Below are positions 22,880 through 33,318 of a stretch of 64,000 nt of DNA, in pieces. How positions within the stretch are numbered: the first letter of the stretch is position 1; each line of letters opens with the position of its first letter. The stretch is from Flectonema sp. DT1601. Its lineage: Eukaryota. The notes beneath the pieces are model-generated. The model worked only from the letters and a program-made list of their open reading frames with translations, had not been told where the DNA came from and did no database searches. The stretch is taken from the NCBI GenBank assembly GCA_964019425.1, contig OZ025789.1, positions 868,001 through 932,000 on the forward strand, written 5' to 3'. Made by a program: the position numbers and the translations under genes.

Positions 22880-24472
22880 TTGCATGCTTTAGCAAAAAGT
22901 TTGCTTGAATATACAAACTATATGCATACTGCTTTATGTGTTGTGTGATGATACAAGGACGTAAACAGGTAAGTCAGTGTTATTTCTTTTTTTTTCTTTT
23001 CATGTTTTCTTTCGTTGGTTTCATTATTCTCAACTAGGTTTGTTTCTGCTTACATTTATTCCAGTTCGTTATTATTTTGCAAACGAAGCCAAATTTGTGA
23101 ACTGATTTATAATAAAGGGAAAAAAAAAAAGCAATAATAAAATAAAATATACTTAAAATCCGTAAACCAATATTCCGCACTTTCATTTTTTTTTTTTTTT
23201 TTTTTCATATCTTCCTCATGGGATCGCACTGCCGCAGTCACTATATCTTTAAGAAAGGCGGTTCAGTATGCTTTGCTATCGGGTTGTTTAATTATTTACT
23301 TTTTACAAAACAAGAAAAAAAAAAAGTCGTATTTTCCTTTGGAGAGAACACAAAAAAAAAAACCTGACTCAGGTCGCAAGGCATCCAAATAGTAACATCT
23401 AAATCGCCAACATACTAAGCTAAGAATGACGGGGTGTATTTTCCTTATTTTTTGGTTGTGAAAAATCACTTTTAAAAAATTCACATCAAAAAAAAAAAAA
23501 AAAACATCAAATAACAGTTTCTGTGCACAATCTCCAGAAAGTGCTGCTACAAGTTTTTTTTTTTTTTTTTTTTTTTTTTCCCCTCCTTATTGGTAGTGTT
23601 GGTACTTATTGCCAACATAACATAAGCACTCATAGATTACCTTAGTGAAATAGCAATTGCTAAGTGTGAGTGCATCACACCACGGCTGTTTTTGTGCGAG
23701 CAACCGAAAAACAAGCCTATAACGTTGCTGCTTCTTTTTCGCTCATAAAACATGTCTTTTTGAGATCGGGAGGAAAAAAAAAAGAGATCAATCTGTTTAT
23801 TAAGATAATCTCGTGTTGTTGTTTTTTTTTTTTTTTTTTTTCCCCTAAATACTCTTACATAGCGCTTAGCAAGTATCTTGAAAGGCAGAAGCAGACGCAC
23901 AATAAAAAACAAAACAAAAAATACTTCTTGGTTGGAGGCTGTGCAAGCACAGAAAATCAAACATTAAATCCGAGTATAACCAAGGGGGAAACGGGGAGAG
24001 AAATACTTAAAATTTGGAGGGGAAATACAAAAAATAATGGGAAGAACTATGAATACTAACACAGGAACATCACTGCTATTTTTTAAATATATATATTTTT
24101 TTTTTTTGCACTTTTCCTTCCCATGTTGGGATGAACATGTGACCAGCATTCCACAGTACCTCTGAAAAAAAAAAGATGTTTGCTTTTAAGTATGATGAAA
24201 AACGGGGAAAAGAAAACGGGTAATGGGGATATTATGTTTTATTTTCTTCTTTTTTTCGTTGGGTATTTCTGTTTTTTTTTACTATTTTTTTCTTCGTTTC
24301 TTTTTTTTCATTCTCTCTTTTTCTCTCCCTTTTTTTTTTTTTTTTTTTTTTTCTTCCCAAATGCCAACCTTACAACCCTTCCATGTAAGTAAAACTACCC
24401 AGTCAGCAGTCGTACAGCTTAAAAGCCTAGCGTGATATTACCCTTGAAGATGGCCCTAGGATTGGAGGAATC

Positions 24473-25231
24473 CTACGAAGGATCCATAGCATCACCAAAC
24501 GAAGGCTTGGCATCAAATGAGGCAGAGTGTAATGCTGAGTTGATACACTTAGGACTGGGAGGTGTTCTTGGAGAACCCGCAGGTGGAGGACTACTCACTT
24601 CATCAACAGTACCTCCCTCCGTCAATGGTGATGACAGTTCCCATTCCAGAAGCGTTGCGTGGTAGCATGGTAGCGGTTGATTCTTTATCGAAAGTGATAT
24701 TTCAAAAGATTTTAGAGCATCAACGAAACCAATATTCGGATTTATCACCGGCCTTCTCCGTTTTACAATATCATGAGCTAGCGCATAAGGAATATTTAAC
24801 TTCTTCATTAAATAAGCAATAGTAACAGTTGCACTGCGAGATATACCTTGTCTGCAATGCACCAGTGCGATTCCGTCAGATATTCGCACTGCCTCAAGCC
24901 ATTCTATGAGTTTTGCAAAATGACTTGATATAGGAGAGTCAGAATGGTCAGAAACTTTTATATCCAAATAGTCTATTCCCGCCCACTTACAACAAACAGT
25001 CTCATGCTGTAAGTTTAATATATGTGTGATTTTCATTCTCTTTATTTCTTCTTCTCGATTAGCATCATATGCCGCTCCCAAATACAGCCAAGGGAGTACT
25101 TGAGATGCAAACAAATCACCAGGTACAGGTTTTTGATGTTCCTTTTCTTTAAGTGCTTTGTTGCAAGGCTCCAACGCCTTTAGCCCTTCTCGGAACTTTA
25201 CCCTCGCTACTTTCTGCGCCGAGGTGCACAT
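24473..25231 (-). CDS. Dual-specificity protein phosphatase
   Basis: VLPWLYLG, catalytic VHCRQGISRS, AYLM, RRPVINPNIGF. Confidence 0.92.
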   Translation of the reverse strand: MCTSAQKVARVKFREGLKALEPCNKALKEKEHQKPVPGDLFASQVLPWLYLGAAYDANREEEIKRMKITHILNLQHETVCCKWAGIDYLDIKVSDHSDSPISSHFAKLIEWLEAVRISDGIALVHCRQGISRSATVTIAYLMKKLNIPYALAHDIVKRRRPVINPNIGFVDALKSFEISLSIKNQPLPCYHATLLEWELSSPLTEGGTVDEVSSPPPAGSPRTPPSPKCINSALHSASFDAKPSFGDAMDPS

Positions 25232-25521
25232 ATTTCTCGACTTCAATCCACCGCACGAACCCAGCGCTGAGGGGGATTAAATATTTGAATTTGTAAAATA
25301 CGAACTGTGTTTGTATCATATTAACGTAACGATAATTTAACAATCTGCTAAGGATACAGTGAATTATGGTGATGCTTAACTTTAGCCTTTTGAAGTAACT
25401 ATTTAGGTTTGATTGGACTGATAAAAATAAAAATGTTAACAAGCAAGCAATCAATTCAACTCACAACCACCGAACTCACTGGTCGATGTCATGATAACAC
25501 TCCAAAGACAGCTACTCTGAC

Positions 25522-26279
25522 CTAGTTGGACTTCTTGGCCTTCTTGGCGGCAATGCGTGCCTTACGGACGGCCTCCTTCTTGGCGTCAAGTTCGTGGGTA
25601 CGGATCGACAACTTTACGGTGACGGTACGCTTGTGTGGGAATTCCTTCTCTGGAAGGGCCTGTTTAGTTTTTGTTGTTTCGTTTTGGAGTTTTCAATTTT
25701 CGATGAAGAAGCCAACCTGTAAAATAAAAATAGAAAAAAAAAGAGAAAACAACAACAAACCTTTCCGTTGTAGTTGGTGACGGCCTTGGTGGCAGAGGCG
25801 TTGTCAGCGAAGTACACGAAGGCGTGGCCGGCCTTGTAGGTCTTAACCTTCTTGACGGATCCACACTTGGAGAACTCGTTCTTCAATCTCAAACGGTCCT
25901 CGCTCTTCTTGTTACGGGAAAGGTTTCCAACGTACACAGTCTTGGCGGATCCGGTACGGTCAGCCTGCTGTCTCTTCTTGGCGGCCTCAACAGTGATCTG
26001 CTGTCCCTTGAACTGCTTTCCGTTCAATTCCTTGGTCTTTGACGCTCCAGCGGCATCCTTGAAGTACAAGATGCAGTACTTTCCACGTCTCAAGTTCACG
26101 GCGTTGACTTCTCCGCACTGCTTGAAGGCAGCCTTGACGGTGTCAACAGTGATTCCAGGGAAGTTCAAGTTCTTCACGTAGACGGCCTTGCTGTCAGCGG
26201 CTCCGCTGGACTTCTGCTCTGGCTTCTTCTCGGCCTTCTTTGGGGCGGACTTCTTGGCGGCGGCTTTCTTTGCTGGCAT
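25522..26279 (-). CDS. NRBD/KSRP-like two-RRM protein, copy 3
   Basis: Same protein and intron position as copy 1. Confidence 0.75.
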
Positions 26280-26398
26280 TTTAAGAGGTTTGCGTGTGTT
26301 TAGCGCGTAGGTAAACCTTGATGGGCTGCAGAACGGGGGGAGGAAGTAAATAAACTACACAAACACAATACTCAACGTAAGAATCCAAAGTAATCTTA

Positions 26399-27436
26399 TT
26401 ACTTATACGATAAAAGTTGAGCGGGTACGTCAGCACCGGACTCCTTCAATAACGTGAAGATTTGTCGTCTGTTTAACTCAGCTGCTTTCATAAGAGGAGA
26501 TACTTTTTTTAGTGTCAAAGTGTTTATAGCTGCTCCAACGTTAATGAGAATTTGAACCGATTCCAATCGTCCAGCGACTACTGCTTTATGAAGAGGTGTT
26601 TCACAAAATGCATTGAATACATTAGGAGAAACACCGCGATTTAATAAATATTTCAAGATCGTTGGATCACTCAATTGACTTGCAACAAATACTGAAGTTT
26701 CCTCAAACATAACTTCTGGCTCAGAAATGTTCGTGTCAGTAGCCACTAAATACGTAAGGGAATGATTATTTCTTCTGATGCATTCCTGAAGCGCACCGCA
26801 AGTTGCCTCCATTCCACTAGATATTAATAATTCCGCAATCACTTTATTCTGCAAGTTGCAAGCGGTAAACAGAGGGTCATCCCTCCCAAGATCGATTCCC
26901 GGTTTCTGCAGAAATAACTTCACAATCTCCGCATTATTTGTCTCAACAGCAGCTTCTAATGACAACTCTGAGGCTTCGAAGTAAGTGATGAGCTTTGTCA
27001 CAGTACGAATGTTTTGACTCCGCATTGCGTTCTTCATAGCGCCTCCGCAACTAAAGTTGTAGGGGATACCTGAATCAATGTAGGCCTGGATTAAGTCACC
27101 AGATCCATCTTCAGCTTCATTAAGGTAGCCGAACCCATTAAGTGGAGCACCAGCTGCTTCTAATATTCCAATAGCAATCTTTCGTTTTGATGGAATGATA
27201 CAGATTTCATCTCCTCCAACTAATCCAAAGTCAATAAGTCTTTGTGATTCTTTTAGTACCTCCCCTTCATACATTAATGAAATGTCATCTTGAGAGATGT
27301 TCTTCTCTTCTTCTAGGATATTCAAAGCATCGTTTACTGTAAAACTCTCACTAATATCAAGATGAAATTCAGAGTCATCCAACAACCTAAACACAACAGG
27401 TAGCATTGTTGTGGCACCTGTTGAAATACTACTCAT
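26399..27436 (-). CDS. Ubiquitin-like domain + ankyrin repeat protein
   Basis: ISLMYEGEVLKESQRLIDFGL (Ubl); ETPLHKAVVAG, SPLMKAAE (ankyrin). Confidence 0.85.
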   Translation of the reverse strand: MSSISTGATTMLPVVFRLLDDSEFHLDISESFTVNDALNILEEEKNISQDDISLMYEGEVLKESQRLIDFGLVGGDEICIIPSKRKIAIGILEAAGAPLNGFGYLNEAEDGSGDLIQAYIDSGIPYNFSCGGAMKNAMRSQNIRTVTKLITYFEASELSLEAAVETNNAEIVKLFLQKPGIDLGRDDPLFTACNLQNKVIAELLISSGMEATCGALQECIRRNNHSLTYLVATDTNISEPEVMFEETSVFVASQLSDPTILKYLLNRGVSPNVFNAFCETPLHKAVVAGRLESVQILINVGAAINTLTLKKVSPLMKAAELNRRQIFTLLKESGADVPAQLLSYK

Positions 27437-27730
27437 GATAGTTTCCGATCAAAGAAAAAAAAAAAAAAAAATTTTTCGATGTTTTTTTTGAATAAGGCCA
27501 ACTGTTGTTTTCACACACAAAGGGTTTTTAAACACTTTTTTTTATCTAAATTGAGTCTTACAGTCTTACAAAGAACAAACATGATGAGGATTGTCTGAAA
27601 GGAGTTATCGGTGGCAAGAAAGTTATTCTCCCACGACTTCAGAAAAAAAATAAAAGAAAAATATCGAGCGGGGAAAGAAGAAAAAAAATAATAAATAATC
27701 ATAAAGGTTTACAAGTAGTGAAGATTTTAC

Positions 27731-27761
<31 letters not shown>

Positions 27762-28128
27762 CAATAATAATTATATTTCTGCCACACGCACCAACATAAC
27801 GCACAGCATTTATCACAAAAAACTTTCCATCAAGGGGTTGTATCAGAACTTGAATGGTGTTTCAGGAAGAATCATATTATATAGCGTTTACAGTACTCAA
27901 GTGCTGTGTCACTATGTCTCACCCTACTAGACAGCAAGAATCGAACAATGTCCAATAGAGGAAAACACTCACAACAACAACACGTCATCTCATCCGATTT
28001 CACTGTTCCCTTTTTTTTTTTTTATATATAAATCCCAAATGAAGTCAGAGACAGACATAATTATCACAAAGAGGTCTACTTGAAGAGAGTTGTAAAAACA
28101 AAGGAGGAGAAAAAAGAAGGAAGCAGAT

Positions 28129-28261
28129 TCAAAGTTTAGTTAGTTTAGTTAGCAAAATACAAACTGATGACTACGAGGGGTCTGGGTAGCCCGCATCAGT
28201 AAGGACCCAATCGCGAAGATCGTAGTTTCATAGTATTAGCTGGAAGTGATCGACTCCCAGC
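28129..28261. repeat. Structured dispersed repeat (~135 nt), copy A
   Basis: Near-identical to 42886-43025 (3 substitutions in the core); TTTAG/TTAG run at one end, hairpin at the other. Confidence 0.9.
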
Positions 28262-29279
28262 AAAGGTGTTAACTTAAAATAAATACTTTAAAAAAGAAAA
28301 ACCTGCACCTAACACGACATACACATTAATAAGATCTTTACTGCAATTTTGTGACAAATATTTGTTAGTTAGCGAGGTGGATTAAAAAAGAAAAACTAAA
28401 CCAAAACTAAAACTAAATAATACGTGTTCAATTCGAGGGGGGATAACTTGATACTAATATTAAATGGAAAGCAACTTGAAACTGGCTAAAACGAGAATAG
28501 GGTTCGGCCAAACCTGGTTGCAATATAAGAAATCAACAATTGGTAGCGATAAAAAATCCCATATGTGCTGTCGAATATGGGGATTCGGGGGCCACGTACT
28601 ACAGGTTGAGCGCCTGGGGGGAGGAGAGATGGGGGAGGCGTTGGTAACAAACCACCACCTTACATAGTAATTTATAACCAAAAGAGAAGAAAAAAAACAG
28701 CAGCCCCACTCACTATTTTCTGATGTAACTAGTAAGGTAACGGACAAGAATACAAATACAAATATAATAATATGAAAAACGAACTGCTGGCGTTAAGAGT
28801 CAAGAAATAATCAAAACACCGTCCCCCAACCAAACAAATAGAAGGCAATCACGGTATGCACTTTTTGATTCCCCTTCCGCACAGCAGTTAGTTTTGTTTA
28901 ACGTTGGAAAAAGAAAAGAGAAGAAAAAAAGAAAATTGTTCGTAAAAACAACTGAATGTGTTCTTATAAAATAGAAACTTGGTGAGAAGAGAAACAAAAT
29001 GAAGAAATACAATTATTCAAGCAGAGCAAAAGAATTTTCTCCAAGCTTGCCCAAAGAAATAACATAAACAAGAAAGTCAGTAGAGGATCGATCCTTCAAG
29101 AGTTCGCGTGGCTGTTTGCGAGCGTACTATTTTTTTTTTTTCTAAAAAGAACTGGGATCTCTCTTCAATAACAAAACACGGAGCTCCTTAAAAAAGGCAA
29201 CTCTTTGTATCTTCTCATAATTCGTTTCGAATACAGTCATCTATTTATATTTTAGTAACCTCATTCATGACATGAGATG

Positions 29280-31043
29280 TTACCATCTGGCTGGAGTTCC
29301 AACTGATGGACGAGTAGAATTGTAAGGACTAGGTGCTCGTTTTGTTGCACCAACAGGTGGAGGACTGTGAGTTCTATTACGTGTTCCATGACGAGTACTT
29401 CGACTACGAGAACGACTCGAACGTCGATTAGCCGAACTATTACGAGGGCGAGACGACACTGGACTCTTAACAAGAACTGGACTACTCGGATGCAGTACAG
29501 TCTTCCGACGAGAATGTCTCGGAGATGAACGACGAGACCTACCCGGTGAAGACATCGTCTTCACAGCTGGTAAGTGAGTCGACGCCGGTGTTGAAATAAT
29601 TCTCGAAGGAGGAGGAGGTTCAACTCTTTCGAATTCAACTTCAGTGTACGACTTCGGGATATCAGTAGCTGGATGGTAGTCAACAGTCTCATAGTCATCC
29701 ATCTCATAAATATCACTTCCAAAATAAGTATCAGAAAACTCACCTTTCATCAAAGGATCAGTAATTACAACTGTTGGCTCGTCAGCTGTTGCTTTTTTAG
29801 AACGCGAAGATTGGATATTTCTATCTTCTGGTGTTGGATCGATGAAGATTTTGAAATCCTCTTGAAATCCATCATTTGAAGGTGTCGCCCACCTGACCAT
29901 TTGAGTTGGTAGACGACCTTCGTGAGGTTCACAACTACTGACAAGTGCTTCAGGAGGATCAGAGTGAAGCTCATTATTAGAACATATTATGTAGTACCCA
30001 TCTTGAGTTGTAGTTAACGCGTAGTCAGTTCCACCTGTTTGCTGCATCCAAATTAACTTCCCTGAAGGAACTCTGTCATACCTTCCACTAAATGAATACC
30101 CAGCCTTTGACTTTACATAAATCTCATTGTCAGGTATCGTAATCGGTTTTGCTACTCTCGTAGGTTTCACATAACCATCTGAGAGATTACTAATTACGAC
30201 ACCTCTTCCTGCTAATGAGGTTTTAGGTGCTGCTGGTGGTCTAACTTGAACTTCTTGATCGACTAAAACATCATAATTATCAACATACACCTCACTCCCA
30301 TACATAGCCGTTTCTATTAAATCTGTGTTCTCTATGTAACGAATTGGTTGAGTGACGTAAACGTGTTTCTTATGTATGAATCCTTCAGTTTCAGAACCGC
30401 TGGCATGAACTTTAAAGAAACAACCCTCATCGTCTATAATTCTGATTTCGGTATCGGATTCCAAATAAGTTGGGATGTAAGGACTGTCTTCGTATGGGTA
30501 CTTTCGAAGTCGACGAGGGCCTTCGATTATTTGTCCGGTCCCTTTAACCGTGTGGGTGTCTTCAGGGTTTGTTTTTGCTACTAACTGATTGTCCTTTTCT
30601 CGTGGACGAACTCTTCGTGATCGTGACCGTGTTGATACCTCTGATGCGACGCCGTTATTGATTGGACCGATACTCTTTACTTGACGATATATATCAGGTT
30701 GTGTTCTCTTACGACTTGATGACTGACTTCTTATCTTTTGAACAGACATGTTTGTAGTCATCCATGATAACTGTCCTGTTGTTGTTGTAAGTCTTTCCCA
30801 TTCTCTTATTCTGTGTGGATACCCTCCCACTTCTTTTGATCTTATCCTGTTGGGTTTCCCTTCTTCGGTAAGAACCCATCTTCCTTCACCACTGCCGGTA
30901 TTTTCTAAGATGTTTTGTGATCCTTCTTTAACCCAAAAAGGAGTCGATGCATTTGGTCGTAGTGAATACGTTCCGTCTAAGTCAGGAATACCGCAGCTGA
31001 CTCGATATAATCGAGGGGGGGCATCCCTTGAAGAGTATGGCAT
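29280..31043 (-). CDS. Hypothetical protein with SH3-like segment and Arg/Ser-rich C-terminus (587 aa)
   Basis: RLRKYPYEDSP...FFKVH...EGFIHKKHV resembles bacterial-type SH3; two G.Y...W modules; SR-rich tail. Confidence 0.7.
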   Translation of the reverse strand: MPYSSRDAPPRLYRVSCGIPDLDGTYSLRPNASTPFWVKEGSQNILENTGSGEGRWVLTEEGKPNRIRSKEVGGYPHRIREWERLTTTTGQLSWMTTNMSVQKIRSQSSSRKRTQPDIYRQVKSIGPINNGVASEVSTRSRSRRVRPREKDNQLVAKTNPEDTHTVKGTGQIIEGPRRLRKYPYEDSPYIPTYLESDTEIRIIDDEGCFFKVHASGSETEGFIHKKHVYVTQPIRYIENTDLIETAMYGSEVYVDNYDVLVDQEVQVRPPAAPKTSLAGRGVVISNLSDGYVKPTRVAKPITIPDNEIYVKSKAGYSFSGRYDRVPSGKLIWMQQTGGTDYALTTTQDGYYIICSNNELHSDPPEALVSSCEPHEGRLPTQMVRWATPSNDGFQEDFKIFIDPTPEDRNIQSSRSKKATADEPTVVITDPLMKGEFSDTYFGSDIYEMDDYETVDYHPATDIPKSYTEVEFERVEPPPPSRIISTPASTHLPAVKTMSSPGRSRRSSPRHSRRKTVLHPSSPVLVKSPVSSRPRNSSANRRSSRSRSRSTRHGTRNRTHSPPPVGATKRAPSPYNSTRPSVGTPARW

Positions 31044-31234
31044 CCTCTGAAATTAAAAATAATGATTATTTGTTGTTATTAAGTAACATTTACACATATA
31101 TAGAATGTAATCGTATCTCATATAGCAAGAGTATTATAATATCATCGAAACAGAACACATAAAATATATATATGAGAACAACATCAACGTGTTAATCGTG
31201 TACAGTAATAAGTTTCATCACCAGTAATGTTTTC

Positions 31235-32958
31235 TCATAAACCACCCCTCGCATTCGGATCAGAGTATTTTATTTTTAGCTGTCGTTGACATTCTAAAAG
31301 TTCATTCTCTTGAGTTATAGATCGCGTTGAGTAAAAACTAAATAATAAAAATAAAACAATAAAAACGAATGAAAGATAAACTCGTACCCTACGCTGTGTC
31401 ACGCATTGTTTTATTAATGTCGTGATATCCGCTGCGGGAGGTGTTGGCGAAGACACATTCTCACGTTTCTTAACTGGAGCTGCTGTTGCTTGGGAAGTGT
31501 TTCCAGATTTAGAAGACTGAGTTTTTAACTTTCGTATAGTCTGTTTGAATAATTGTTGAGTTGTAGTCACATTCAGATTATAATAAAGTTCTTCTACAAG
31601 ACTAAGATAGGTACATACCTCATTACGTGTGGCTAGCTCTCGTTGAAGAGTTGTTGTTGATTTTTGAAGTCGAGCAAGTTCAGAAAAGTTTTCAGACTGA
31701 GAATTGTTCATCTTATCTCTGTGGTAGTGTTCATAGTGTTGAAACATAAAATAGATAATTCGAATATAATAAGAACATACGCTTCAGTCAGCAACTCAGT
31801 AACTCTGAGCTGTAGTTCATCAGAAGCAGAATAAGCCTCACTAAGTTCAATGGATTTCTGTTCCATTTCACAACGAAGTTGATTATTCTCATCAAACAAA
31901 GATTGAATCGCCTGCTCTCTAGCATCAGACGTGGAGTCTATTTGTAAATATCTCGCTGAGGAGGACTCGATCTTGGTTTCAAGAGAGGCTGCTCGGTTAA
32001 GAGCTTCGCATAGGTCAGCCGATAATTTCTTTTTTTCTTCACGTTCGCGATCAAGCTGCTTTGACAAATCTTCATCACCAGCAACAATAACAGCGCTGGG
32101 TACAGGAGACGACGCCTCATCACTGGTATCTTGTACGTTTGTTGAGGAGCTTTGCCTCCATTGTTTTAGTTCCGTCTCTAAGTCTTTGATGTATTTTGTT
32201 TGAGATCCGTCTTGTAAAGAGTTTAGTTTTACTTCTTGTTCTGCTTTAAGTTGGTTTATTTGACGCTCGTGGCTTTCTATGATGTCTTGAATTTGTTTTA
32301 TTGAACCAGCGGCCTTAGCATTAGACTCCTCTAAGTTCTTCTTTGACTCTTCTAGTTGACTTCTTAGGTCTTTTACTAGGTCGTTACAGGTCTCAAGTTC
32401 ATTTTCTTTTTGAATTAATTTTAATGTGTCAGCCGAAGAGGGTTCTCCTTGAGTGGGTGAGTCAGATGTCGTTGCTAGGGTGGTTTTCCATTTCTCAACC
32501 TCGTCGTTGTATTTTTCAAACCGATCTCTCCAGGCTTTTTCCAACATGTCCCTCTCGTTAGCGTTTTTTTCAGCTTTCTCAGTTGACTGTCGTATGTTGT
32601 CTTTTAGTATAGTCACTTGCTCATGGAGATTTTTTATATAAGAATTATCCATGTCAGTCTTTGATGCATCTGACCCCCTAAGACTGATGATCATGTTCTT
32701 CGATGCTTCTCTGTCTAGTTGGGTTTGTTTTCTCCATCCTTGAACCTTAGCTCTGTACTCACCGTGTTCTTTGATTTGTTCAGTAGATTCTTCTCGTAAG
32801 TCTTCGTGTTGTTTTCTTAATTGACGTAATTCATTTTCAGCTATTTGTAATAATTTAATTACTTCTTCTTTCGGTGTAGAGTCATCCCAAGTACTTTCAC
32901 CACTAACTTCTGTTGTTGGAAAGTCTGCTGCCTGCTTCAATCGATTCAACAGATCCAT
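31235..32958 (-). CDS. Long coiled-coil (golgin-like) protein, multi-exon at the 3' end
   Basis: E/K/Q/L heptad-rich; GTATG donors near 31780 and 31618; exact 3' exon structure uncertain. Confidence 0.7.
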
Positions 32959-33318
32959 AATTCTGTTCGTTAAGATTGAGAGAAGTGAGTTATTAATTAC
33001 ATATAAATATCAACAAATGAATACGTTAAATCATCATATTATTTGGAATCTGATAATAAATATTAAACAACTCTTTCTATCTTAACTCACAAACATAATG
33101 CCAATATACAAGGAAAGGAACAGCCCCCAGAAGGGGGTACCCTTCCCAACGCAATAATGCTTCGTAAAAAGAAATTTTAAAAAAAAAAAAAAAAAAAAAA
33201 ACGAAAATCGCAAATAATATTATTATTTTTTTTTTTTTTTTTGTAAATGAAAAAAAGTAATATCAATAAAAAAGAAGTGACAGTTTTAAAATATGTGTGT
33301 TATAACACCCTCCGGTAG

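Noticed and set aside
23513..23530. ACAGTTTCTGT resembling the euglenozoan spliced leader
   Set aside because: Only ~11 nt match, the rest of the SL and the donor are absent
21067..24435. Many short F/K-rich ORFs here and in 44100-47950
   Set aside because: Translations of homopolymer runs with no coding signal
28163..28240. Hammerhead or HDV ribozyme in the dispersed repeat
   Set aside because: CUGAUGA and GAAA are not on the same strand with the needed stems; HDV P3/L3 spacing does not fit
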